Shown here piece by piece: positions 1 to 14,241 of a stretch of DNA of 64,000 nucleotides. Each line of letters begins with the position of its first letter. Position 1 is the stretch's first letter. The DNA is from Coleofasciculus chthonoplastes F2-STO-03 (GTDB lineage: Bacteria > Cyanobacteriota > Cyanobacteriia > Cyanobacteriales > Coleofasciculaceae), in NCBI GenBank assembly GCA_040222015.1, contig JAVJWO010000030.1, positions 30,324-94,323 on the forward strand, read 5' to 3'. Made by a program: the position numbers and the translations under genes. A model generated the notes under the pieces. It was not told the origin of the DNA. It saw only the letters and a list, made by a program, of their open reading frames with translations, and did not search any database.

Positions 1-361
1 TGTGCCGCAGGGAGTTCAATGCCTCGATTTGCAGTCCTAGCGCCTCGCAGAACTCTTGCAGAACATTGTCTTCCGCCGCCGAGTAGATACCATCTGCCAT
101 CGCCACCATGACAGCCGTTCTGATAAAGTTCTCGGCGGTATGCTTGTTATGACCTAACGCCGCAGCCAGTTCTTCGGCAGAAATAGTTTGTTCAACCGAC
201 TGTGGATCTTTATCCACCTCCAGGAGTTCATGAGTCAGTTGAGAAACAATCTCTTTTTCTTCGGGATCAAAGTGACCATCAGCCCAAGCCACGGTACACA
301 AACCGCGCAGCCAAGCTGAAATTTGGTCTTCAGTGTAGGGAGATTGAGTGACAGTCGTCAT
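1..361 (-). CDS. TerB-like / Mo-dependent nitrogenase C-terminal-domain family protein, N-terminal part (runs off the window)
   Basis: Manual translation from ATG at 361: MTTVTQSPYTEDQISAWLRGLCTVAWADGHFDPEEKE...FIRTAVMVAMADGIYSAAED; two TerB-type 'A.ADG....E' motifs. Confidence 0.75.
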   Translation of the reverse strand, partial: MTTVTQSPYTEDQISAWLRGLCTVAWADGHFDPEEKEIVSQLTHELLEVDKDPQSVEQTISAEELAAALGHNKHTAENFIRTAVMVAMADGIYSAAEDNVLQEFCEALGLQIEALNSLRH

Positions 362-416
362 AATTATCTAAATGACCTCAACGAACACGATGTAAGAGCG
401 AACCTTGGCAGAGTCC

Positions 417-506
417 TAAGCTGCTATGCAGCTAAATCAATAATTTAGCTCCTGAAACCCTTTGATAGCTTAGATTGCCTTATCAAATTAAATGCGTTAC
501 AGCTTA
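417..506. mobile_element. MITE-like repeat with TAAGCTG...CAGCTTA ends
   Basis: Imperfect terminal inverted repeats taagctgctatgca..taaat / attaaatgcgttacagctta; same ends recur at about 2273-2292 and 25736-26012. Confidence 0.55.
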
Positions 507-709
507 ACAGGCTGTAAACTAGGAGACTAAACGACTGGGGTTTAGTGACAACGGCATTACCCTACCAGGGTTGGAACTGTTTCCACTCTTCATCTTAACT
601 ACTACGGAAGAGAAGTTCTGGTTACTATCGGCACAATCAGGCTGAGACGATTGGTAACACAGCTAAAATTGTGGGATAGATTTTACGGTTAAATCGGCGG
701 CATAAACCC

Positions 710-1528
710 ATGACTTCTATTATTCAGTTGAGTGGAATCTATATCTACCCGATTAAGTCAGCAGGTGGGATCGCACTCTCTACGGCTCAGGTAAGCGATC
801 GCGGTTTACACTATGACCGACGCTGGATGCTAGTGGATGAAAAGGGTAAGTTTCTCACCCAGCGTCAGTTTCCTCCCATGGCGTTGATTCAAGTACGGTT
901 GGGGAAGAACGAGTTAGTCGTGGAAGCACCCAACCAGCCCAGCTTATCCATTCCCCTAGACTATGAAAGTGACCATCGCCTCCCGGTGCAAATCTGGAAT
1001 GATATCTGCCAAGCTATGCCATTGGATCAAGAGTTCAGTCAGTGGTTTAGCAAATTTCTCGACATTCCCTGTCAGTTAGTCTATATGCCAGAGGACTCCA
1101 TCCGCCCGATTAATCCGAATTATGCTGATCCCAGCGAACCCGTCAGTTTTGCCGATGGATTTCCCTTTTTGCTCATTTCTGAAGCCTCGTTGCAAGACTT
1201 AAATCAACGGTTAGAACAACCTATTCCCATGAATCGATTCCGCCCCAATTTAGTGGTTTCTGGCTGTAAAGCCTATGCCGAAGACAGTTGGCGTCAAATT
1301 CGCATCGGTGCAATTTCTTTTCGCGTGGTTAAACCTTGTTCTCGATGTACGATTACCACGGTGGATCAATCTCAGGGGATACGAGGTAAAGAACCCTTAG
1401 CAACACTGGCAAACTATCGGCTGCGGAATGGGCAAATCTTTTTTGGGCAAAACGTGATTCAAGAAGAATTGGGAACACTGCAAGTAGGGGATAAGGTGGA
1501 AATTGAGAGTTTTGGTGAAAGGATTTGA
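710..1528 (+). CDS. MOSC domain protein (YcbX/mARC-like)
   Basis: IYPIKS, DRRWML, FADGFPFLL, RFRPNLVV and PCSRC motifs. Confidence 0.93.
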   Translation: MTSIIQLSGIYIYPIKSAGGIALSTAQVSDRGLHYDRRWMLVDEKGKFLTQRQFPPMALIQVRLGKNELVVEAPNQPSLSIPLDYESDHRLPVQIWNDICQAMPLDQEFSQWFSKFLDIPCQLVYMPEDSIRPINPNYADPSEPVSFADGFPFLLISEASLQDLNQRLEQPIPMNRFRPNLVVSGCKAYAEDSWRQIRIGAISFRVVKPCSRCTITTVDQSQGIRGKEPLATLANYRLRNGQIFFGQNVIQEELGTLQVGDKVEIESFGERI

Positions 1529-1580
1529 CGGCATTTGTACGTTAAGCTGGTGAGAGCCACAGAAGCTGCACGTTCTAGAT

Positions 1581-2231
1581 ATGGTCAATCCACCGCCCGT
1601 TATATCCACTGTTGCTACCGATACTTGGGTTGAAGCCAACTGGGAAGATTTTCTCACCTTTGCTGATGATCCCACCTTAGCCAGTGGCAGGTTTTATTAT
1701 GATCAGGGTTACATGAGGATTGAAATGGCTCCACTCGGTTCGGCACACGGTCAGGACAACTCCATTCTCTCTACGGTGATTGTCTTGTATGCCACCATTA
1801 AAAATATTCCCATCAAAGAACTAACGAATACCAGCTTCAGGAAAGCCAGATTGCGAGAATGCCAGCCAGATATTGCCTTCTACATCGGTAAAACTATAAC
1901 TTTTCCGCCTCATACTAATGCACCCGTTAACTTGAATGAACTTGATCCCCCAACGCTAGTGGTTGAAATTGCCGCTTCATCTTTGGAAGATGACACAGAG
2001 CGCAAACAAAAACTCTATCAACGTCTAGGAGTACGAGAATATTGGGTTGTCAATGTCAATGCTGGCAAGATAATCGCTTATTCTCTGTCCGCAACAAACG
2101 CTGAATTGATTCGAGAATCTCAAGTTTTGCCGGGACTAGTGATTGATTTAGTTGAAGAAGCTCTAAAACGTTCTAAAACTGAAGATGACGGCGCAGTTAG
2201 TCGTTGGTGGTTAAGGACTATTAGTGTTTAA
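1581..2231 (+). CDS. Uma2 family (DUF820) putative endonuclease
   Basis: QPDIAFY, PTLVVEIA, YQRLGVREYWVV motifs. Confidence 0.92.
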   Translation: MVNPPPVISTVATDTWVEANWEDFLTFADDPTLASGRFYYDQGYMRIEMAPLGSAHGQDNSILSTVIVLYATIKNIPIKELTNTSFRKARLRECQPDIAFYIGKTITFPPHTNAPVNLNELDPPTLVVEIAASSLEDDTERKQKLYQRLGVREYWVVNVNAGKIIAYSLSATNAELIRESQVLPGLVIDLVEEALKRSKTEDDGAVSRWWLRTISV

Positions 2232-2293
2232 TGCGGTAAAAGTGGGAACTGTGATTTCGGTTGAAATTAAGGTTTAAATGCCGAACAGCTTAC

Positions 2294-2725
2294 TTATACT
2301 CCAAAAGGGGTATTGATAAACAATTTAATAATTCCCACTAAAGCACCGATTAGCAGGACGAGAAGAGATAGAGAATTAATTCCAAAACCAATACCGCGTT
2401 TTTCCGCCGCTGTATAGTAACCCCAGGCATAAATAATTCGCCCAATCACCCAAACCGCACCAATTCCCGCTCCCCAAATTGGACTAACAAACAGAGAGAA
2501 TAACCATAAACTGGGTAAAAAGAGGAGCAATTGTTCTGACGTATTTTGTTGCACGCGAAACACACACTCAAAATTGACATCTCCTGAAATTTGAGGTGCA
2601 GGTATATTATATTTTGCTCTGGCTCGACCCACATTGATCGTGAGAACAAAGTAAACCAAAAGAGTGGCAATGGTGGCTAAAGCGGGAAAAATCAGTGGTT
2701 TCAGTTCAATCATCGTTAACTCCAA
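2294..2725 (-). CDS. MAPEG family membrane protein
   Basis: VGRARAKY..P, FRVQQNTSEQ, GRIIYAWGY motifs; four hydrophobic helices. Confidence 0.92.
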   Translation of the reverse strand: MELTMIELKPLIFPALATIATLLVYFVLTINVGRARAKYNIPAPQISGDVNFECVFRVQQNTSEQLLLFLPSLWLFSLFVSPIWGAGIGAVWVIGRIIYAWGYYTAAEKRGIGFGINSLSLLVLLIGALVGIIKLFINTPFGV

Positions 2726-2760
2726 TGGCTGATTTGGGAAAATATTTTTTTTGTTGCTGA

Positions 2761-3375
2761 TTACATTTTACTGATTTTCTCGATAAAATCAACCGCTCCT
2801 TTCGGAGATAAAAGTTTGCAGTAATGTTTATAGCTTAAAGCCTCAAACAATAAGTTTCCTGTCCTTAAATAAGGAGTCTCTAAACTATAGGATTTATCGT
2901 TGAGCTTTTGCCAAACAAGTTCGGCACTAGACCAGGTAAATCCGGTTAAATTTTGGCTTTCCCGATAATCTATAGTGATATCGGCAGCTTGATAGGCATT
3001 TTTGATAGGATCATCAACATAATTGTATGCCCAGTTGAACGCCAGTTCGTTCATTTTTGAGTTAGATTGATATTCCCCTAGAGAGCGAAACCCTAAATTA
3101 GCAGCATCAATGCGATGAGCTGTATTGACTTTGCACCAAATCTGTTCGTAATCAGCGTTAACCTCATTCACTGAAGGAAAATACGTGCTGGTGTAGATTT
3201 TGCCATTTTCCACGGTTGGCTTACTTTCCAGAAACTTGTCCAAACGGGTATAGATAGTATTGACGACATTATTTGGATTAATCGCATCGCGATGATAGTT
3301 TTCTATTATCCGTTGAGCGTAGATACACCAATTGGTTCTGGCTTCTTCAAGAGTGGATGCTTCAATTTTAGACAT
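2761..3375 (-). CDS. Hypothetical protein (likely start MSKIEAS at 3375)
   Basis: Open frame of about 204 aa; the 5' extension in the ORF track translates repeat DNA at 3410-3490; no family recognised. Confidence 0.55.
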   Translation of the reverse strand: MSKIEASTLEEARTNWCIYAQRIIENYHRDAINPNNVVNTIYTRLDKFLESKPTVENGKIYTSTYFPSVNEVNADYEQIWCKVNTAHRIDAANLGFRSLGEYQSNSKMNELAFNWAYNYVDDPIKNAYQAADITIDYRESQNLTGFTWSSAELVWQKLNDKSYSLETPYLRTGNLLFEALSYKHYCKLLSPKGAVDFIEKISKM

Positions 3376-3524
3376 AGAATTAACGCCAATACTGCTTGGA
3401 TAAGACTGATCTCCCCTAGACCCCTTTAAGATCCCCCTTCCGTCCCGCTTAAAAAGGGGGAGACCAAATGATAAATGACAAATAACAAAATATCTCAATT
3501 ATCCTCACCTTCTGCCTTGTATCC

Positions 3525-3557
3525 AAAAAAGCAGCCTGTCCAACTAGACAAGCTGCT
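3525..3557 (-). terminator. Rho-independent terminator of groEL
   Basis: Stem GCAGCTTGTC / GACAGGCTGC followed by a T-run on the minus strand, about 30 bp after the groEL stop. Confidence 0.75.
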
Positions 3558-3588
3558 TCGGTCATGAACTATAGCAGATGGGTGAGGA

Positions 3589-5283
<1,695 letters not shown>

Positions 5284-5300
5284 TTACTCCATTAGCAAAC

Positions 5301-5327
5301 TTAGCACTCTTGTTACGTGAGTGCTAA
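5301..5327. promoter_or_regulatory. CIRCE element (HrcA operator)
   Basis: Perfect TTAGCACTC-N9-GAGTGCTAA 38 bp upstream of the groEL start. Confidence 0.97.
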
Positions 5328-5350
5328 TTCTGGGGGGGTTCGGTTATTAC

Positions 5351-5396
5351 GGCAGGAGGCAGAAGGCAGGAGGCAGGAGGCAGGAGGCAGGAGGCG
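5351..5396. repeat. Heptamer tandem repeat (GGCAGGA)n, STRR-like
   Basis: About 6 copies visible. Confidence 0.85.
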
Positions 5397-5424
5397 GGTC
5401 TGAATCATAAAAGCTGATGAATAA

Positions 5425-5511
5425 GGGCGGGTTTTGTTGTTCATTTATCGGTTACTAGCTGAATTTAGTCCCTAAAACCGCCCCTACGATTGTGGCTAAA
5501 CCCGCCCCTAC
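5425..5511. repeat. GTAG-type REP-like palindromic repeat (GTAGGGGCG / CGCCCCTAC family)
   Basis: gggcgggttt...aaaccgcccctac...aaacccgcccctac; relatives near 8626-8802, 9871, 11316-11481, 11989-12047, 32872, 53657-53975, 63085-63152. Confidence 0.8.
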
Positions 5512-5525
5512 AATTGACTTATTAC

Positions 5526-7622
<2,097 letters not shown>

Positions 7623-7961
7623 TATAGCGCTACGCGCCAGACTCTCTTGCAATAGTGAACAAAAAAGCTTACCTTACAAGGGATTGAGTGATTTGAATTT
7701 TTCTTATATATCCTAACCTTAGTGCGTAGTGCTTTAATTCTATAAAATGTTCTCCCCCATAGAGCCAATCCCTCTGCGAACCTCTGCGCGAACCTCTGCG
7801 CCCCTCTGCGTTGAAAAACTCCATAAACCAGTAGGTTTTCCTGCACTAATCAGCATTCAAAACTCATCCATTTATTTAACTTAATTTCCAATAAAAATTA
7901 GCCGTTATACTTGGTAAATAAGCAACTTATCTAATCATCAAACAGAATACCGGAACTCTCA

Positions 7962-8552
7962 ATGTGGCAATCATCCATCGAATCACTCAACAAGGGTCGG
8001 ATTCAGAAGATTTCGCTTCTGTCTAATAATAACCCAATCCTTTACTCAGAAATCATCCAGCTATGGCAGGATAACCCTGATTTTCGGACATTCTTCATCT
8101 CCCTACTCGCCGATGCTCCATTTTCCGCCTTTTTCTGGGAAACTCCGCCTATCACCGACGCGACAGTAAACCAGGTATTCGAGTTTGTTCTCGTCAATAG
8201 TCCATCCCTGGTAAATATACAAGCTGATCCCAGTGATTTTGCTCGCCATTTTTCCGCCGCCGGAGAAAACGAGTCCATTATTACATTTCCCAATCTGGGA
8301 AAGGATGCGTTGCTGGTTGTGCCTTGTCCCCAAGCCTCTACGTCTCCATACTGCCATTTGGCGGCTTTTATGCGTGAAGCACCCGAACATCAGCAGCACG
8401 CCCTGTGGCAAAATGTGGGGTCAGCGTTAGAACAACGGCTGAATCCGCGTCCTACCTGGGTAAGCACTTCCGGGTTAGGGGTGTATTGGTTGCATATCCG
8501 GCTAGATTCACGCCCGAAATACTACACCTATCAGCCATACAAAGTTATTTAA
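7962..8552 (+). CDS. Conserved hypothetical protein (DUF6940-like, HIT-like C-terminal motif)
   Basis: FFWETPP, FPNLGKDALLVVP, WVSTSGLGVYWLHIRLDSRPKYY. Confidence 0.75.
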   Translation: MWQSSIESLNKGRIQKISLLSNNNPILYSEIIQLWQDNPDFRTFFISLLADAPFSAFFWETPPITDATVNQVFEFVLVNSPSLVNIQADPSDFARHFSAAGENESIITFPNLGKDALLVVPCPQASTSPYCHLAAFMREAPEHQQHALWQNVGSALEQRLNPRPTWVSTSGLGVYWLHIRLDSRPKYYTYQPYKVI

Positions 8553-8941
8553 ACTTTACCCTGACATAAGACATGAAGACCAAAAGTATCTGTCACCTAA
8601 CAGATAAGAACCTAAGAGTGATTGTGTAGGGGCGATTCGCTTATATCAATTAACAACACCAATCCACTTAATAGACTCGGGTCGCCCTTTAATAGTCTTG
8701 CGTTTAGTCTAAACTGAAATAATTACCGATATCTGATGCAGGGCGACCCGATAAAATTAATCGGTGGGCGGTGTTAATTTGGTGCGGCGGGTCGCCCCTA
8801 CAAGGTGTCTTTTATGATGATTGATAACCCTTGCCCACCCGACTACTCTGATTAAGCCCAAACATTGTGTCACACTATTCAAATATAAGTGCTAAACTAA
8901 CCCTGAAATTGACTATATTCTCTATTACCTGTGATTAAGAC

Positions 8942-9817
8942 ATGACTCAAACTAAAATTGATTTACCCCCTGCCTTTCCTGACCATACTCAACTACCTGA
9001 ATCTGATGGCACCTTTGTGAAAAATTTCCAAGAACATCCTCAAAGTATCATTTTGACCGATTCCATTGGTTCAGTTTTGCAGCAACTTCATCCTAATGGT
9101 GATTACGCTATTGGGCAAGACTGCGGTATCTACTGGCGCGAAACCGAACCCCCAGAAAAAGGTGCAGAAGCTCCCGATTGGTTCTATGTTCCCAATGTTC
9201 CCCCATTACTGAATGGTGAAATCCGCCGTTCTTATGTTCTCTGGCGGGAATTGATGGCACCAATGATTGCCTTAGAATTTGCCAGTGGCAATGGAGACGA
9301 GGAACGAGATGCTACACCCTTATCGGTTTCCGCTGAAGGAGAAACCACTAAACCCGGTAAATTCTGGGTGTATGAACGGATTATTCGCATTCCCTACTAT
9401 GGCATTTTTGAAGTCAAAACTAGCAAACTTGAGGTTTATAATTGGCTAAATTTTTCTTATCAAAAACTCCAACCGAATGAACGGGGTCACTATCCGATTA
9501 CGCCCTTAGGAGTAGAACTAGGACTTTGGCACGGGACTTATCAAAATCAAACTCAACATTGGCTGCGTTGGTGGGATAGTGAAGGCAATCTTTTGTTAAT
9601 TGGTGAAGAACGCGCCCAATTAGAACGTCAACGTGCTGAACAAGAACGTCAACGCGCCGAACAAGAACGGCAACGTGCTGAACAAGAACGCCAACGCGCC
9701 GAACAAGAACGTCAACGCGCCGAACAAGAACACCAACGCGCCGAACAAGCCGAGCAAAAATCGGCAAGATTGGCGGAACGATTAAGAGCCATGGGCATTG
9801 ACCCGGATTCAGAATAG
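8942..9817 (+). CDS. Uma2 family endonuclease with coiled-coil (RAEQERQ)n tail
   Basis: LPESDGTFVKNFQEHPQ, APDWFYVP, WLRWWDSEGNLL; 21-bp tandem repeat at about 9622-9750. Confidence 0.93.
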   Translation: MTQTKIDLPPAFPDHTQLPESDGTFVKNFQEHPQSIILTDSIGSVLQQLHPNGDYAIGQDCGIYWRETEPPEKGAEAPDWFYVPNVPPLLNGEIRRSYVLWRELMAPMIALEFASGNGDEERDATPLSVSAEGETTKPGKFWVYERIIRIPYYGIFEVKTSKLEVYNWLNFSYQKLQPNERGHYPITPLGVELGLWHGTYQNQTQHWLRWWDSEGNLLLIGEERAQLERQRAEQERQRAEQERQRAEQERQRAEQERQRAEQEHQRAEQAEQKSARLAERLRAMGIDPDSE

Positions 9818-10051
9818 ATTAGTTAAGAGATGTCGTGGCGTGGCACACCTAAATTGATAGATTAAGGAACTGTAGGGGCACCATCCTTGCGCCCTTCCCG
9901 ATACCGCATCAGACGGGAAATTACGATAAAACTTTTTTGCTGTCGTGACGTACAGCGTTTTGGTGGGGGCGCTTCCGGTTGTAGAATAATAGGGGAAATT
10001 TCCCGCCCAACAGGTTGAGTCTTCAGAAAATACAGGAGGAATGAACCGCAG

Positions 10052-11284
10052 ATGCAGGAACACCAGGGTCATCCGAGCATCCACTCTCAAGACTGGTCAT
10101 GGTCGCTTTGGTTTCCTGTACCCTTGTATCCTTATGGTAAACGACGCACTATCCGTGTGGAAGTGGTTAAGGATAGGATTTGGACGTTTGACCAGATTCA
10201 GGGGATTCTCTATGTGGTTGTCCCGATTCGGATGACGGTGATTAAGCTGGATGCTGGGGGGCTGTTGATTTATGCGCCTGTTGCACCTACCCCGGAATGT
10301 ATCCGGCTGGTTCAGGAATTGGTGGGAGAGCATGGTGAGGTTAAATATATCATTCTGCCCACGGTTTCGGGGATTGAGCATAAAGTGTTTGTGGGTCCCT
10401 TTGCCCGCAAGTTTCCGAACGCCCAGGTGTTTGTTGCGCCGCACCAGTGGAGTTTTCCGGTGAATTTGCCCCTGAGTTGGTTGGGGTTTCCCAGGAAACG
10501 GACTCATCTGTTACCTGCGGATAGCCGTCAAACGCCTTTTGCTGATGAATTTGATTATGCTGTATTGGGTCCGGTTAATTTGGGGTTGGGACTCTTTGCT
10601 GAAGTGGGATTTTGGCACAAGCGATCGCGCACGCTTCTGGTGACGGATACTGTGGTTAGTGTACCCGAAGATCCGCCTGCGATCGCGCAACTTGATCCCT
10701 ATCCGTTATTATTCCATGCCAGAGATCATGCCTTGGATATCGTTATCGATAATAAGATGACTCGCCGCAAGGGATGGCAACGCATCTCACTGTTTGCATT
10801 TTACTTCCGCCCCAGCGCCTTGGACACAATACCCTTCACTCAGACGTTACGGGAAGCGAGAAAGGCACCGGATTGGTCAAAGCAAGCCTATTTCGGTTTA
10901 TTTCCCTTCAAATGGAAACCCGGTTGGCAGAAATCCTTTGACGCTTTGCGGGGAAATGGACGTCCCTTTGTTGCGCCAATTCTGCAAACCTTGATTTTGA
11001 ATCGCGCACCGAAACAAACGTTGAACTGGGTGGAGAAGGTAGCGAGTTGGGAGTTTGAACGGATTATTCCCTGTCATTTAGAGGGATCAATTGCGGCAAA
11101 TCCGGATCAGTTTCGCCAAGCGTTTGGGTTCTTGGAACCGGATTTAAAGGGGAGTGAAAATAGCGGGACTCCAGACAATTATCCGTTGCCCGATAATGAT
11201 TTTGAACTCTTACGGCAAATCGAAGCAACGTTAAAGCGGCGGGGGATTTTACCACCCGTTTCTGGAAGCAGGGCGACCCGATAG
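10052..11284 (+). CDS. DUF4336 family protein (metallo-beta-lactamase-like)
   Basis: RMTVIKL, YAPVAPT, GIEHK, LLVTD, IIPCH motifs. Confidence 0.88.
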   Translation: MQEHQGHPSIHSQDWSWSLWFPVPLYPYGKRRTIRVEVVKDRIWTFDQIQGILYVVVPIRMTVIKLDAGGLLIYAPVAPTPECIRLVQELVGEHGEVKYIILPTVSGIEHKVFVGPFARKFPNAQVFVAPHQWSFPVNLPLSWLGFPRKRTHLLPADSRQTPFADEFDYAVLGPVNLGLGLFAEVGFWHKRSRTLLVTDTVVSVPEDPPAIAQLDPYPLLFHARDHALDIVIDNKMTRRKGWQRISLFAFYFRPSALDTIPFTQTLREARKAPDWSKQAYFGLFPFKWKPGWQKSFDALRGNGRPFVAPILQTLILNRAPKQTLNWVEKVASWEFERIIPCHLEGSIAANPDQFRQAFGFLEPDLKGSENSGTPDNYPLPDNDFELLRQIEATLKRRGILPPVSGSRATR

Positions 11285-11527
11285 TATTGATAAGTCGGTT
11301 CTGTTATTTAATGCAGCGGGTCGCCCCTACAGATGCTGATTTTTCGATAATAATTTATCGTAATTATCACAATTATCGGAATTACCAGAATTGTCAGAAT
11401 TGTCGTAATTATCGAAATTGTAGGGGCGAGTCGCTGGGCAAATGTAGCGGTATTCAGAATTAACCTATCTCGACTCGCCCCCGTCTAAATGGACTAAAAA
11501 CATTCGTTATCATTTATTCCTGATAAT

Positions 11528-11914
11528 TTATTCCTCATATTCTACCCAGCTATTCGGCGTTTCTGAAACAGCAACTTTGAGTTGTACGCCTTCAGGAATA
11601 CGCTTTTTTGTTTCGTCATAAATGTATTGAGCAATCATTTCGGCGGTGGTTTCGTAATTATCCGGTAATATGTCATTCAAAATTCCGTGATCTAACCCGC
11701 CTTTGGTAACATCTTTTTTTGCCCAGCGCAAGGTTTTAAAATCAGCCACCATAACTGGGTGGGGACAGTGTTCGGAGGCGTGCAGGGTTGAGGATGTTGC
11801 TTCTAATCGCACTTTATAGGTATGTCCATGCATTCGACCACATGGTCCATCGTAGTCTTTGATGTAATGGGCGCTATCAAATGTAAATTCGGTTACCAGT
11901 TTCCATTTAGACAT
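11528..11914 (-). CDS. queD: 6-carboxytetrahydropterin synthase (QueD/PTPS family)
   Basis: FDSAH, CGRMHGHTY, DHG, TTAE, VSETP motifs. Confidence 0.88.
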   Translation of the reverse strand: MSKWKLVTEFTFDSAHYIKDYDGPCGRMHGHTYKVRLEATSSTLHASEHCPHPVMVADFKTLRWAKKDVTKGGLDHGILNDILPDNYETTAEMIAQYIYDETKKRIPEGVQLKVAVSETPNSWVEYEE

Positions 11915-12106
11915 ATTTTTTACCGTTGGTCATTCGTCTTATGTTATTTGTCTTATGTTTGGCAATTATTTTAGTCACAATTGAGTCGGTGCGGGTTTAG
12001 TTACATCGGGGTAGGGTCAGAAAGGATGGTTGTGAAACCCGCCCCTACACACCAATAAAAAACAGGTTTATTGGCAGGTCGTGAAGGGTCAATACTCAAA
12101 ACTATT

Positions 12107-14044
12107 CTATCTCCCAACGCTTATTTGATATAATAACATAGGTTCGTCAATTCCTCTTAAGAGTCGATGTTCACTATCGGTGATGTGTAATTGTAAGTGA
12201 TTTTTAACCGCTTCATACACAATCCAGGAAATACAAATTCCACCGGGTTTCGCTTGAGATTGTAACCGGGCGGCAATATTGACCCCATCGCCTTGGACAT
12301 CGGTGCCGTTGAAAAAGACATCGGCTAAGTGAATGCCAATACGATGTTGTAAGACGTCCTCATTAGGTAGTCCTCTGGCGGCGAGGGAGAGGGTTTTTTG
12401 AATAGTTTGGGAACAATCAACGGCTTTGACGGCGGAGACAAAGTACATGAGTAACCCATCACCCATAGATTTGAGAACTTCTCCTTCAAATTGATGGCAT
12501 AATTTGGTCATAAGTTTGAGATCACGATGGATGGCGGCTAGGGTGGGTTGTTGGTTTTCATGCTGTTTTTGGGTGGAGTCTTTGATATCGGTAAAGACAA
12601 TAGCGGCTAGGACATTATCTCCTAGAGAATGGGGAATAATTCTGCCTCGGTACTCTTTGGTGTCTTGGCTTTTGGGTTTTTCTGGATGTAGGCGTTCGCG
12701 AAAATACTGGCGATATAAATCATTGCGAATACTCACCTGATTTCCCACCAGATAGACCAATCCCATACTATTCAGTTTAAACGCGATCGCACCTTTTAGT
12801 TGCACCAGGCGATCGGCTTCCAGGATTTGGGTGAGGGCGTCGGCTAAGTCGGGATGTTTCTCTAAATTCCAGCGATGTAAGCGCAAATGATCTGCATAGA
12901 TTCCGGTTTCAGTCGGGGCGTCTTCTAGGAGTTGGTTTAAGGTAATATCCTGACGGGCAATTTTATACAAGGCTAATCGGATGAGATGGGGATGTCCTCC
13001 CACCATTGCCATCAGTTGTTTGATATCATTCCAGGTGAAGTCTAAACCATAGCGCAGGGCTAAGTCTTGTACCTGATGGGCGTCAAATTCGGATAATTCA
13101 ATCGGTAATCCGACATTAAAGGGGGATTGGTCGTTACTTAGGGGAATATAAACTTCTGTCCCATGGACAATAATCAGGCGAAAATTCTTCCAAATTTCAT
13201 GTTGTTTTGCCTTTTCATGCCAAGCCCGGAGTAAGCCGAAAAAGTCATCGGCGACATGTTCGTGAGGGAAAATTCGGTCAACGGCATCGAGTCCTAAGGC
13301 TAGGGGACTTCTCAGGGTGGGTAAGAGATATTTTTCAAAGTAATTGGTACAGTTTTTTTTACTGCCCAGAAATTTACTCCAACGGTTTTCTAACTGGATG
13401 GGTAGGTGTAAGTCATCGGTAACGGTAGCACAAAACCATTGTAGAAATTGATTTAAATCCGCAAAAACTTCCCGTTCTGCTAACTCAAAGTTTAATGCCA
13501 CTGACTGACAGCCTTGTCGTTCAGCGTGATACAGTAATCGCACCATGAGGGAGGTTTTACCCATTTGTCGCGGCGCTTTAATCCGAATCAAACTCCCTGG
13601 TTTACTAACTTCTTCATAGGCGCGAGATTCATCAGCAGGGCGTTGAACATAGCAGGGGGAGGCTAAATCCAGTTGACCGCCGGGTAGTTCCCAGATGGGG
13701 GAAGGAAATGTCGTTGTACTTGGAGGGGGTGAGGGGGTGAGAGTATCGGCGTTGTTGATAGTGGCGTTGGGTAATCCTTCCAGGATGAGTCGTAAACGTT
13801 TGATGGTGACTCGTTTTCCGGTAACTTCAGACAACAGCTTCCATAACTTCGGCGCTAAATCTCGCTGGACGGTATTCTGGCTATAGCCCATGACTTGAAT
13901 GGTTTTGAGTTTTTTGCCTGCTAAGGCTTGACTCAGGATAGTCTTTTGGGCATCGTTCATTACGTTTCCTGTTTTCTGGGCAATCCAATACTCGGCTAAT
14001 TCAACCAGCTTTATGACCTCTGCATCTGCCATCTGGCATTCCAA
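12107..14044 (-). CDS. HTH-like N-terminus + AAA_35 ATPase + class III adenylate/guanylate cyclase
   Basis: IKAPRQMGKTSL (Walker A), QSPFNVG, GGHPHL; C-terminal FTDIKDST, KSMGDG, RIGIH, DVQGDGVNIAARLQ. Confidence 0.9.
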   Translation of the reverse strand: MECQMADAEVIKLVELAEYWIAQKTGNVMNDAQKTILSQALAGKKLKTIQVMGYSQNTVQRDLAPKLWKLLSEVTGKRVTIKRLRLILEGLPNATINNADTLTPSPPPSTTTFPSPIWELPGGQLDLASPCYVQRPADESRAYEEVSKPGSLIRIKAPRQMGKTSLMVRLLYHAERQGCQSVALNFELAEREVFADLNQFLQWFCATVTDDLHLPIQLENRWSKFLGSKKNCTNYFEKYLLPTLRSPLALGLDAVDRIFPHEHVADDFFGLLRAWHEKAKQHEIWKNFRLIIVHGTEVYIPLSNDQSPFNVGLPIELSEFDAHQVQDLALRYGLDFTWNDIKQLMAMVGGHPHLIRLALYKIARQDITLNQLLEDAPTETGIYADHLRLHRWNLEKHPDLADALTQILEADRLVQLKGAIAFKLNSMGLVYLVGNQVSIRNDLYRQYFRERLHPEKPKSQDTKEYRGRIIPHSLGDNVLAAIVFTDIKDSTQKQHENQQPTLAAIHRDLKLMTKLCHQFEGEVLKSMGDGLLMYFVSAVKAVDCSQTIQKTLSLAARGLPNEDVLQHRIGIHLADVFFNGTDVQGDGVNIAARLQSQAKPGGICISWIVYEAVKNHLQLHITDSEHRLLRGIDEPMLLYQISVGR

Positions 14045-14241
14045 TTTGTGGCTCTAATGACCACGCTAGCATAAAACTGAATTTTTTGAATTTTTTGAAT
14101 TTTTTGAATAATATGATAATTCTGTTCAGTGAAAGTCCTGACTTTCCTGAATACCACGGTTGAATAATTCGTCGATTAAGTTATTGATTTTTCGACCATT
14201 AAAGCATAATTGTATGGCGTTTCTGTCTTACCGGTGTAATA

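Noticed and set aside
5335..5355. K-box upstream of groEL2
   Set aside because: GTTCGG is present but the second half does not match CCNNAC
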